From positions 1,550,001-1,614,000 of the forward strand of contig LSRY02000005.1 in the NCBI GenBank assembly GCA_001643675.2: 64,000 bases of DNA. The letters are read 5' to 3'. Shown here piece by piece: positions 12,801-25,200 of this stretch. Source of the DNA: Monocercomonoides exilis PA203 (lineage: Eukaryota; Protista; Preaxostyla). The position numbers and the translations under genes are program-made. The notes beneath the pieces are model-generated. The model was not told where the DNA came from and did not search any database. It was given only the letters and a program-made list of their open reading frames with translations. Positions within the stretch are counted from its first letter, which is position 1. The number at the start of each line of letters is the position of its first letter.

Positions 12801-14703
12801 TACTTCTCTACCGATGATCGAAATCCCCATCCTTCCGCGCCTGCCGAATGACAAGATCGGTTCGTGGCTGAGAGAAGGAGCAATTCATCCGCAGACAGCA
12901 AAGATGGTATCTGACTTCTTTTCTTCGTCATTTTCGTCGTCGTCGTCTTCTTCTTCATATTCACCTTCGACATCAAACACCTCTTTGAATTCCAATTCTT
13001 CTTCTTCTTCTTCATATTTTGTCACACCCACAATGCAACACATGGCTGTGCGTCCGATCGTGTCTCGTCTGGCGTCTGCAGTCGGCTGGGGCGCTGTGAA
13101 GGAGTCAGTCAACGATGAATGGGACGATCGCTTACAACCGATTTTCACTCTGTCACCACGTGATGCTGTGGTGCCATTTGAGCAGCATGTGGAGAGGAAG
13201 CTTCATCGTATTTTCAAAGAGAATGAGAAGGAGAAAGAGAAAGCGAAGAGGAATGGGGAGAGAGTTGGAGGAGGAGGAAGAGAAGGAAGAGGAGGAGATG
13301 ACGATGGTATCTCAGCTGGAGTTCGATTGGACGGCATTGATGGGCTGGTGAGCGTGGTTAATGCTCATTTGAGCAGCGAGGAGAAAGATCGGATGCAGCT
13401 GATGAGACAAAGTCAACCTTTGACAAGTCATTCGTTGCCCAGTCAGTATTTATCACCAAAACAGCAACAGATGCACCAGAGAATGGACTCCACAACATCC
13501 ACCTCTCTTTTACTGACTCCCCAAAGCAGACACGCAACATCTCCTTTAATCAGCTCGCATTCGCTTTCTGTGCGATCATCTGCTGGTTTGTCTCCAGTCT
13601 CACAATCGTCAAGGCAGTTTCTGCTGCAAGAGCTTCCCATCCATTCAGACTACAGAAGACACCCAACTCTACCATTTGGTTCAGACACGGTTATTTTCCG
13701 TTCGGCGCTGTTGTTTGTGGACAGCTGGACTTCGGTGACACAGGCATCGCCGCTGCATACGCTGTACACACCAGCAATAATTAAACAATCTCAAATACCA
13801 GACAGAGCAGGAAGAAGAAGCAAGAGCAGGAGTAAGAGCAAGGGTGAAAGTGAGAGTAGAAGTGGAAGCAGAAGCAGAAGCAGAAGTAACAGCAGAGACA
13901 GGAAAACAGACAAAATCAGAATTCCAAATCTCACTCCATCTCAATCAGTTTCAGACAGAAATGGAAGCACCGACACGACAAAGGCAGATAAGCCAAGAGA
14001 AAAGAAAGTGGATGACGTTGGCATAATGTCCTCACCCAGTGATTATGTGATGGCCACACAGCAACTGCACCCTATCCTCATTCGAGTGCCGCGTGTGGAA
14101 GGAGAGAAAGAGGTGAATCGCACCGAAGGAGAAGAAGTTCCCCACGGGCCGATAACTTCCTCAGCGTTCGGCTCATCTCCTCAGAATAAGTCTCCTTCAA
14201 AGAATTCAGGCAATGGCAATGGAAGTGGTAATAGCAATAGCATCAACAATGGATTGAACAATCTTCACGTGCCAAATGGCTCGATGATGACACCTGCACG
14301 CAAAACATCCGCAACAAACGGACCATCACAAGCACAACAGACCACGCCTTCTTCGCAGAATTCTTCATCTCGCCATTCATCGACCACAGACTCCCCCAGT
14401 TCGAATGCATCGCGCACGGACAGCACAGACACTACAACAAATTCATCACTCAGCTCAGCCACAGCCGCGGCGCTGCTTCCTTTGTGTCTGTTTCCCTGTG
14501 CCCATCGCCCTGTGTTTGTGGTGTACCACCGGTTCTGGGAGGATGACAGAGTGTACAGACACAGAGTGAACGAGGCGCTGAAGTGGGAGAGCTTGAAGAG
14601 AGAGGAGGAGTTTGAGGAGAGGATATGGAAAGAGAAGATGGAGTCGGAACGATCTTCGCAGATCAGCTCAGAAAGCAGCGAAAAGAACAAAATGTTTGTT
14701 TGA
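6853..14703 (+). CDS. Divergent CCR4/PDE12/Angel-type EEP-fold protein with large low-complexity insertions, probably inactive; join(6853..7046,7092..14703)
   Basis: Starts MGSSAS at 6853. A 45-nt GT..AG intron (7047-7091) removes in-frame stops and gives WTKVSQGCYYIPTRADVGAILRVE, resembling the YTPxxDDIG motif of plant CCR4/PDE12. EEP motifs follow in order: LTVMSWD, WPLR, PDIVSLQR, ANCIFYRR, DVRFVQ, PIILCGSLS, SDY, FPCAHRP. Confidence 0.72.
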
Positions 14704-15417
14704 AGAGGGTTATTGTTGAATTAGATGAATTTCGAATCTTTGAGGAATAACTTGCAACATGTGTGATTATCTTTTTTGATGTGCTGTGCGTTTTCTATTG
14801 AGCATTTATTTCAGGCAGAGATAAGAGATTTACCTGAAGAATGTGTTATTTATTTATATTTTGTATCTATTTGTTTCATGATCCTTTTTTTAATTTATAT
14901 ATTTCCTTTTTTTTTTAAAACATCACAAAGCGAAAAAAATGAAAAATAATTTGATATTCTTACTGAAAATTAAATATATTTGGATTATTAAAGGAATTAG
15001 GTGATGTTTTGTGAATTGTGTCATTTTTCACTTTGCTTCAAACTCAAAAAATAGATTTGTCGAATGAAAAGAAATCCAAAAATTCACAAAGAAAAATCTG
15101 AACACAGCAAGAAACAGTTTTCATTTTTCCTTTTCTTCTTTTCCAACTGGATAAAAGTCCTTGCTTAGATAATTTTAAAATCACAATTTTCAATTTTGAT
15201 TTCAATTCAATCTCATTTACTTGAATAAAAAGAAAATAAAAAGATTATTTTTTAGATTTCGTTGCTAAAATTCCATGTATTACACGTCGCGTTAATTACT
15301 AATGAAAAAATTTTTTAAAAATACAACATTTTCACATAAAATTGCCGTTTGGAAATCAAATCCAAAAACAGTAAAAACAATGAGTTGAACAAAATAATTG
15401 AATCGCGCAACATTCCT

Positions 15418-16119
15418 TCAAGATACTTGAGAATCCAATAATTCATATGCTTTTTTCACATCGTTCAATAACGATTCATTCAATTTATCTTGCATTTCTT
15501 TTGAAGAAACAAGTTTAGATAATAACTGAGGATCAGGAGTTGTCGAAGAAGAAGATTGCGCAGAAATCGCTTTTCGAATCAATGGATGCTGCTTTGATAA
15601 ATCGTAACTTAAAGATGCGCGTGAAATGTCATCGACTTCGTCTTCTTCACTAAATTCACCAGTTTCATCTTCGTTTGATTCCGATAAAGGAACATTTTCT
15701 TTTGATTTAGAATCTTTAATATCTTCCTCCTCACTTTCTTCTTCTTCTTCCTCTTCATTTTCTGATTCTGTGGAATTTGTTGCGGAACTACCTTTTGAAG
15801 ATTTCGAATTTATTGAAGATAATAATTGGGCTTTCAAAGCTTTCGCTGTTTGATGTTCCGGATCAAGCTTTAATACTATAGAAAATTCAAAAATGTTTAA
15901 CACAAATATCACAATGTTATTTCATCATTCTTCATATCTGACAATAAAAAGACAAACTTTTATTTACATCATTAAGCGCATCTTCCAGTTTGTTGTCCGA
16001 CAAATATCTTAGGCACTGTTCAAAACGTATGATATTGCATTTAATAATTACAATATAATTCGACAAACTTGCTGCAGCAAATCTAATGGAACTTTTTCAC
16101 TCATCTTTTCGTAACCCAT
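15418..16119 (-). CDS. Small TPR-like, Glu-rich protein (ERICH2-like); exons 16069..16119 (or start 16104), 15958..16015, 15418..15875
   Basis: Two GTTTGT..AG introns (16016-16068, 15876-15957) join in frame to give MSEKVPLDLLQQCLRYLSDNKLEDALNDVNKILKLDPEHQTAKALKAQL, a TPR-type helix pair, followed by an acidic tract. Confidence 0.7.
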
Positions 16120-16273
16120 TAAAACTTGAATATATTCTTGAGAAAAGCTCAAAACAGAATTTTTGTGCATCGATTTGAGAAAATAAAAAGCAGATGAATG
16201 TTTTTAAATTGAAAGAAGCAGATGTCAAAAATTTTCTTTATGGGAATATTGTGAATAAATAAATGGTTTTTGA
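16120..16273. promoter_or_regulatory. Putative bidirectional promoter (TPR gene / SCC2)
   Basis: Divergent start codons ~155 bp apart. Position-based inference only. Confidence 0.45.
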
Positions 16274-19200
16274 ATGGAAAAGACAATAGCTTCATTTTCT
16301 GCACATGCACTTTTGGAATGCATTGTGGGAAAAGATTACAAAGATAGAAAAAATCTTGAGAATTTTTCATTCACAAACGTTACTCCAGAATATTTTTCAT
16401 CTTTGAAAGTATTTTTGCTTGGCATTTTGAACAAAACAATTGTCGACGATATTTTAAGTGACACAAAAGAAATGTTATTGCTGTTTGAGTGCGTGTCTGA
16501 ATATTTCTCTTTTGCACTTGAGTCAAAACAGTTAAATTCACAACTGATTTTCCAACAAATAAAAAAGAAATCGCAAAAAAAATTGAATTCATCAACAAAA
16601 AACTTGCGCAAGTTTGATGCTTTTCCAATTTCGTTGCGTTGTGCACTTGAAAGTTGCAACTGCCTTCTTCTTTTACTGATAATCAATGTAAATTATGATC
16701 CTCAGAAAATGCGAAATGCAATCAACAAAATCATCCAATTTCTTCACATTGCCATTAAAGATATAGTTGTTTCAAACATTTTAAAGGAATATAAATTTAT
16801 TACAAAACAGAAGAGCAGAATCGATCAATATTCAAATAGCTTTACATTCGAATTCTTAAAATCTGTATCAGAAGCTATTGTAGAAACGCTTTCTCATTTG
16901 TGCGCATTTATTTCTTATCATCATCTGGACGATCTTCAAGTATCACACCTTCAGACGGTGATTCTTTCATTGTTTAGTTTTGGAGGATGGAATTTAACTT
17001 CAAGTTCGAATGCAGATTTCAAATCCTCGTCAAAAGAATCACTAAATAAATCGTCCAACTACATCATGTCAATATTTTCTCAGTTGTTACAACCACTTCA
17101 AAACGAGGGAATTACAATTCTTAGCTTAATGTTTACAGAATATCCTTCGCTGAGAGATGGACAAATTGAAGATTTATTCCTTATGATAGTTCAGTGGAAG
17201 GACTATGACAATCTAAGCTTAGGAGAAGAGCGCACTGTTAGTATGAACGTTTCAGTGAAAGCTCAAGAACAGTTTTACAGTACTCCTCCTCCTCTTCTTC
17301 GAGCACTTCTGACTATGGTTCAATCATCTTTCCGTGTCCGTGCTTTCACTTATGCTCCATTCTCAAATGCACAGGACGAGTCATTTTCCGGTCAACAAAA
17401 TGCAAATGAGTTGGAAAAAGGTGGGAAAGAAGAAAGCAGCCTTATTGTTGAAGAAGCAACTATCTCAAAGTCAGACTTAGCAATAGATGATTCTATTATT
17501 AAAGTTGAATCTGAACTTTTGCTGAACAAAAAACAGCGCAGAGGTACCTTGAAGGAAATTGTTGCATCACTATCTCGTGGAATCAGCATGATTCTCGACT
17601 GTTGCGGTATTTCAGCTCAAGTAGCTCTAATGAAAATGAACAAAAAAGCATCCAATGAAGAACAAACTAAAGTTCATCCAAAACAAAATACAGATTTACA
17701 GGCTTTATCCACAGCTATTCCATCATCTCCTTCCTCCTCTTCTTCGTCAGCATCATCATCAACCTCTTCTAATGAATCGGATGTTCTTCCACCAAACTTC
17801 ACACCTTCCTCGAGTCTGTGCCGTTGGTACCGCCGCTGCCTTTCACGCCTTGTAGATACGCTGCTGAGCTGTCTGCATCATCCTTTGTATCCTTCTGCAC
17901 AGCTCTTTCTATTTCTCATTGCCAGTCAGCTTAGTGAGTCGCTAAACGCCTTTCGTGGAGCTTCAAGCGGAAATGAGGCAAAAGCGAATCAGTCGATGTC
18001 AAAGATAGCATATCCGTTTGGCTCTTCCGTTCCTCTTTCTGGACAGTGTGTTATCATTGAGACAATGAAACAGAGGCATTTCTTGTATCTCCTCAACCGC
18101 ATTGCACATTCGGTTGATACTGCAAAACTAGCAGGAGTTCAGCACTCGGACAGATTAATGAAAAAAGCTGAAGAGAAAGAAAAAGAGAGAAGCGAAAGAG
18201 AGAATGAAATCATTTCTGAATGGAGAAGTCTATGTAATGTTCGGTCGCGTGAAAGCGTAGTGAAGAAAAAAGGCAAAAGCAAACATCATTCAGAAGACTT
18301 TGCTTCTAATGAAAAAGAGAAACTTTTTATTTCAGATTTGGATTCGTGGAAGCAAAGACAAATAAAAGCCGAAAATTTGGAAGAAGACACAAAACAATCA
18401 GTAATTTCAACAAGAACAGAGGAATTGCAGAAAAGAAGACTTCTTTGCGCTGTCTGTGGTCTTCCTCTGACCACCACACAACCCTGGCGATATCAAACTG
18501 ACGGAATTACAGCGCAGTCAACTGCCAACAGGATGTTTGCTGATGCTTTGCGAAGAGAAGAGGCAAAGAATGATGAAGCATCAATGCTTGTCCCAGAATT
18601 GGATAACTCAGAGCGACTTGCTATTCGAAAGCCTTCGCAAAAGAAGATGGCAAAGAAGAAAACAGGATTTTGCTTGCTGTGCGGATGTGCACTGCATCTG
18701 TGCTGTGCTGGTATTGACGATGGAAGATTGGAAGGAGAAAGCGAAGCAAAGGATTTGAACACCATCTGTGATGCTTGTGCTTTTCTTTATTGCAAAACTA
18801 CTCCGGTTTGTGGTTATGAGCTGATTAATGTTACGCACTGCGAATTAAAAATTGAAGATGATGATATGAATTCCACAGAAATGGTGAAAGCATCAGAAAA
18901 TCATTCAGAATACAAGTGCAATTTTGTGAGTTCTGGGAATTTTTCTGTATCAAATGCGTTTTATCATCTGCTTCTGCTTTTGGATTTGATAAAAGTGTAT
19001 GTTACAAAAGAAAGCTCGCAATGGTTTGAAACTTCAAACTTTCAACATTCTTCAGATGCATCAAGCACATCAATTGATTCGATTCCTCTTATTGCAGATT
19101 TCGGAAAGATGTTTGAAGGAAAAGAAGAAAAAGAAGAAAAAGCAATTAGAGAAGATAATGATCGTTATTACCACAATTCAGATAAAGAAGAACTTTTATT

Positions 19201-22200
19201 TGATGCATTGTACAAGTATTTGTGCACCTTGTTTCATCAAACACAAAATAATTCTGAAAATAACGGATTTTTGTCGTTTTTAGCAAATTCATTGAGCTTT
19301 TCAGCTTCCATTTTGAGTATTTCATTGTCAGCATCCACACATTCATCTGAATTGAAAAAGGAAGAAAAAATCGAATTTTCTCATCAACTTCGTCTTTTCC
19401 AAAGATTTGTATCAACAATACACGATGCAGTTGATGATGAGAATGAGCACATTCAAGAATACAAAGCAGGCTCAGCTGCTTCTGTTCTGACTCATCCTCC
19501 TTTTCTGCATTCAATTTTGAATGATGCTGTTTCAAGCCAGTCTGATTCAATTGACCAGTCAAAATCACCAGACACTTCGATTCTCAGTTTGACAGATAAA
19601 GATTCAAAAGAAAAAGCAATAACTGTTGTAAACGATGATGAAGAGGAAGAGAAAGTCAACAAAAAACATAAACGCAAAGAAAAAAAGCATAAAAAGAAGC
19701 AAGCGAACAAAGATGATTCGTTTTCAAATCCACAACAAGCCGAAAAAGAGGGGTTTGGATTTGACTTCAAGTTGACTTCGAACGAATCTTCATCATCAGC
19801 AATAGAAGAGGCATCAGCAAATTCTTCAGATGCCAATTTAATAAAGCAAAAGTACGAAGCTGATGAACACTCCACATTCATTCCATTTCCTTCCACTTTT
19901 CTTATGCCAGTTCGTCCTCTCATTTACGACTTCTCTTTTCCTTTGAGCCAATCTTCATCTTCTTCGTCTTCTCTTATTTCAACCACTTCATCATCATCAT
20001 CATCGTCATCATCATCTTTTTCATTCACATCAACTTCTTTTCCAACCATTTCAACATCGCCACTTCTCCGCTCTCAGCTTTCTCTATTCCCAACATCTCT
20101 TCTCAGTTCACTTTTCACTCCACTCTTCATATCACCACTTTTATCAGCCATGAATTCAACCACTGTTTCATTACGAGCAGAAGCAGTGAAGTCAATTGCT
20201 CAACTTTTTGATGCGGATCCTTCTTTGATGAACGAGAAAACATTCAGAACAGATTCAATTTCTGATAAAGCATCAAAATTGTTTGAAGGAGAAACTAAGA
20301 CTGAAGAGCAACAAGCAAAAGAACTCGAAAATTCAGAAGAGAAAAAGGAGAATCAGCAGGAAGCTCAGCAGGAAGAGAGAATAGATTTCAATTTAAAAGT
20401 ATTTGTGCTGTCACTTGTGCGCGATAAATCAGCCACTGTGCGAGATTCAGCAGTGACTGTTATTCAAAGAAAACTTCTGTCACATCTTGGAGCGTTTATA
20501 AGAAGTGATGATGCTTCTGAAGAGAATGAGAAATGTTCTGATGAATGGTGGGAATTGAATGTTCTTTCGATGTTGGTTGAAGACAAAACAGTAATTGTTA
20601 GAAAAAAAGCGATGAAAGCGCTTGAATCATTTGTGTTTTGTGCATCAGATGCAGTGAACAGGCAACAATTAACAGAAACAATAAGCTTCGATCTGGATGA
20701 AAAATCAGTACAATATGCCCTTCAGCGCACTGTTCACGATCTTTTCAGGGAATTGGAGCTAAGTGAACATTTAACTCAGGACGAATTGAATTCAACACTC
20801 AGACATTTCATATTTCTTGGAACTCTTCCTTCTTTTTTGAATGCAGATTATTTGGATGCTTCAATTCCTTCATTTTACAGAGAATGGAAGCTGCTTCTTT
20901 CAGAAAACGATGAAGAAAGCGAAGAAACAGATTCAGACAAAAACATTAACTTCGATGAACTTTGCATACGCTTTGTTGATGCTGTAGAATTATGTGACGA
21001 AACAACACTTGTTTCTGATGACTGGTGGAAGCAGCAGATCCAAACAGCCTTTCCACACTTGACAGCTTCCTTCGATTCAAACATGAAGTCGATGCAGAAG
21101 CTGAAAACACACAGAGAACGATCACTTTTTGAGCAGAAGCGGCAGAAAGAGGCACTGCATGTCAGACAGTTTGGAGATGCTCTTGTGAAGCGAATGCTTT
21201 GCATGAAGAAGGTGATACATGAGATTGAGATGGAACAAGAAGGATTAACCGTCCGTGAAGGAGACAAAGAAGGAAAAGAAGAAAAGGATGACTTCAAAGA
21301 AGAAGAAGAAGAAGAAGATAGAAATGAGCGAGATTTTGAGCGATCTTTCTCAAATACCCATCGGTCTTACCAAGAAATGAGTGCAATTTCAAAGAAAAAG
21401 AAAGGGATGGAGCAGTGCTGGACGATATTCCGTTGTATGTATCTGCTGACAACAGCTATTCCGATGCTGTTTGCAAAGCAATTCAATCTGTTACTGTCTT
21501 TTTTCATTGCATCCGAAGTATCAGAACAGCAAACAGGAGAAACTGAGAATCTCAAATGTTTGCCACTTGCTGCTGAAATTGTGCGTTTGATGGCAGTTGC
21601 TTCACGTGAAGAAGAATTGAGAGTTTTACAACCGTTTGGAAGTGTACCTAACGAAGATGTGAATGATTTGTCTGCTGAAGAAGATTCATTTCTTTCTTTC
21701 AATCACAAAATTTCTTCAGAATCGACTTTGTCACACACCTTTTTTTCTCAAATGCACAACGCATCTTCGATATTTGCTTCACCTTCGTTGGAAATGTTTG
21801 AGCTTGCACAGAAAAAACTTCTTCAGCTTCTTCCTTGTCTTCCACTTCAGTTCGCCATTTCACACATCAATTCTCCGCTCAAATCACCAGAAATCAGTGT
21901 TGTTCGCTGCTTGTGCGACATAATCATTCACCAGACACACAATCCTGCCCCTCTTCTTCGAGTTGTTTTGCTCTCGACTCTCATCCTTCGCCAATCTCAA
22001 CCGCTTCGCAATGCAAAGTTTTCTCTTTCTCCTAAACAAATTTTTCCTTCCAGCTCTTCTTTAATGGCTTCCTCAAATGAAACAATTCTTCAAAAGACTT
22101 CAGATGTTTCTTTGGAGAACCAAGCACAAATGCAACCTCAGTTGTATTCTGCTCCTGCTCCTCTGTTGCCTGCTTTCTCCTTTTCGTCGTTTCCTTTGCA

Positions 22201-25200
22201 GACTTCGTCGACAGTGGCTGTTGCATCTTTTCGCATCAGAGCATTGATAATTTATTCTCTTCAGCTTATTTCAATCATTTGCCGATTTATCGATTTCAAC
22301 GAATGTATGAGTGAAAGTTCAATCGAAGAGATGACAGAGGAAATGAGACCAATAAAAGGGAAGCCTCAACAACAAACAATCGAAAACGAAACAGGCGGTG
22401 ATGTGAATGAGGATAAGTCACAAATTGAATCAGGGCAACATGAAGAAAAACTTCTTGAAACAAAAAAATCTTCCACTCAAAAGTCGTTTTGCGGCTTGGA
22501 TTGCCGCAACTTTTATTTCTCGCTCTTTCGATTGTGTGTGTTTTATGCTTCTTTTGGAGACAGTCAAATTTCATCAGCTGCAATTGAAGCAACTGGGCAT
22601 ATCATCGCGCATTACCCAATCATCCTTCTGAAGGAATTCTCGAACAGCTGGAAATATACAGGGAGGTCATCGCTCACAGAATATCCACGCTATTTAAGCG
22701 GATTAAATACAGTAACTTCACAAAAATCTGAGGAAAGCAGCTTTTCTAATCAAGTTCAACAGATTAAAGAAGCAAACTGTCAAGGAAGTGCATCTTCATT
22801 CACCACTTGGAATGATCAGATCACCCGATGGCTTGTTCCACACGCTGATGACAACAGCACAAGTCTCAGTTGCAAGTCAACTCTGTTTCGTTTTGCTGAG
22901 CAATCTTCTCTTTCACCGAGCGTTGAAGTTAAAGCAGCACAATTGAGGGTCATTCTGATGCTGCTGAAAGATGATGAGGAAAAAGTGAAGTGCCAACAGA
23001 AAATGATTGCGTTGAGACAGGAGATGAACGCAAGGCAAGCAAGGAAAAGAAAGCAAAGATTAGAAAAAGCAAAGAAAAAAGCTGATTTAGCTGACCAGAA
23101 GAAAAAGAAAAAAGATGGAATAATTTCATTTCCTTTTGGCAAAAAGAAAAGCGGATTGATTTCACAAACAAATCAAAAACAGAATAAAGCACAAAAGAAG
23201 CAAGCTAACACAAACATCCAATCAAAGCAAAAAATGAAGAAGAAAACAGAAGCATTCCTTCAGTCAATGAAGACATGGCTTTCTGATTATAGAAAAGGAG
23301 CGAAGCAAACATCCAATGCACTTTTAAATCCACCCACATCTTTGCCGCTTTCACCTCCAATTTCTCCTATTTTGTCACCTTCATTAGAATCTTCGATATC
23401 AATTATAAAAAAGGAAGGTGAAAGAGAAAACGAGGAAGCGGGTGAAAATCAAACCCTGCAATCAGAAGAATCAGTTAAGGAAGAGGAAGAAGAAAAGCTA
23501 AAAATAGAAGAAGTGGAAGAGCTTGATCACAAAGATAAACAGATTTCAGAGGAGCAAAAATCTGAATCACATGAAACGCCAAAAGATTCTTCATTGCGCT
23601 CGGAATCTGAATCTGAATCTGAATCTTCTTGTTCTTCATCCTCCTCGTCTTCTTCTTCAAATTCTTCTGATTCTGATAGCACATCAAGCTATTCATCATC
23701 TACCAGTTCTTCTTCATCTTCGGTGACGTCATCGACTTTTTCAAAGATGAACTCTGCTTCAATTTCATCCTCATTCTTTTTAACACAATCTCGCAAAGGA
23801 GCCTTGCCATCTGGCTATTCTTTGACTGCTTCTCTTCTCCAGTTGCATCAAGAAGGGATTCGATGCTGTGCTCTTTCCAGACACAGTTCTCTTCGTCTTC
23901 CTGCTTTGCGCATTGTAGAAATTGGGCTGATGCAAAAAGTGGTTCATAGCGGCTTATTCACAAGCGTTGTGATATGTCTGCTAAGCGATCCAGATGCGTC
24001 AGTAGCGAATAATGCGTGGAATGTGTTGCTTGCATTGATCGGAATTAGAAGAGGACAAGATGAAGGAACAAATACTGGAGGGAAATGGAGTGATGAGCAG
24101 AAGAGAGGAAGAGGGAAAAATGCAAAAGCACAAATATGGAAGAATAGAGGAAGAGGAGTTGACAAAGATTGGTTGAAGAACAGAATGGGAATCGATGAAA
24201 ATGGCCATGGAGGTATTTTTGATGAAACTGTTGAAAATAAAGAGAAAACATTAAAGACAAATGATTCGTTGAGTCTAATTGATCAAAAGAAGAAGAGTAA
24301 AAGAGATCAGTCAAGATTCAAGCAAGATATGGGAGATTCAATTGGATGCATCAATCTAAATGATATTACTTCGGGAATTATCCTTTCATACACGTTTCAG
24401 ATGAGAGCGCTTGCTGAAAGAAATAATATTTTGATAAAAGAGAATCTTTCAACAATGGCTTCGAAATTGGCAGAGTCAAAATCGAAAGAAAATAATTCAT
24501 TTGAAAATGATATGGAAACAAGTGAATTTTTGAAAGAAAAAGCAATTTCTCAAAAAGAAAAACATGTTAAAAATGTTTGCCGAGAGCTTTGCGTTTCATT
24601 ACATCAGCTCACTAAACCTTCTGCTTCTGATTTAACATCTCCATCAAACAGGTGCACGTTTGCTGATTTGTTCATTTTACTCAACGAAATAAATTCACAT
24701 CTTCTTAATCGAGTTTTTACATCACTTTTTGATTCGATGCAGAATGAATTCACAATGATTGACTCACTCAAAGAGGATTCAACGGATTCATCTTTAAATA
24801 CAATGGCCAATCATCTTTCAAATAGCGATTGCATTCTGATTCGTTCGCTCCACTTTTGCTGTTATATTTTGAATATTGTGGGTTCTTTTTGCATAAATTC
24901 ATCGAAAATCCCCAAACAGATTTCTTCTTTTCTGCTTCGTCGTTGTGAATTTCTCGTTCTCAAGCTGTCGCCAATTATTGAGACAGTCGAACATGTTGCA
25001 ACAGTCAACAGCACAAAAGGTAATTTGCTTCTTTCATCTGTTTTGCTCACCAAACCAGAGTTTAAGAAGCAGCAAATACAATCTTCATCAGCCAATTCCA
25101 CAATCTCAACTTCAGATGACGAGCAAGAGATAATCATTGCTCCGCCTTCTTTGATGAAGTGCAGTCATCAATTGGCTCTTTTACGTTCAGTTCTTATTCT

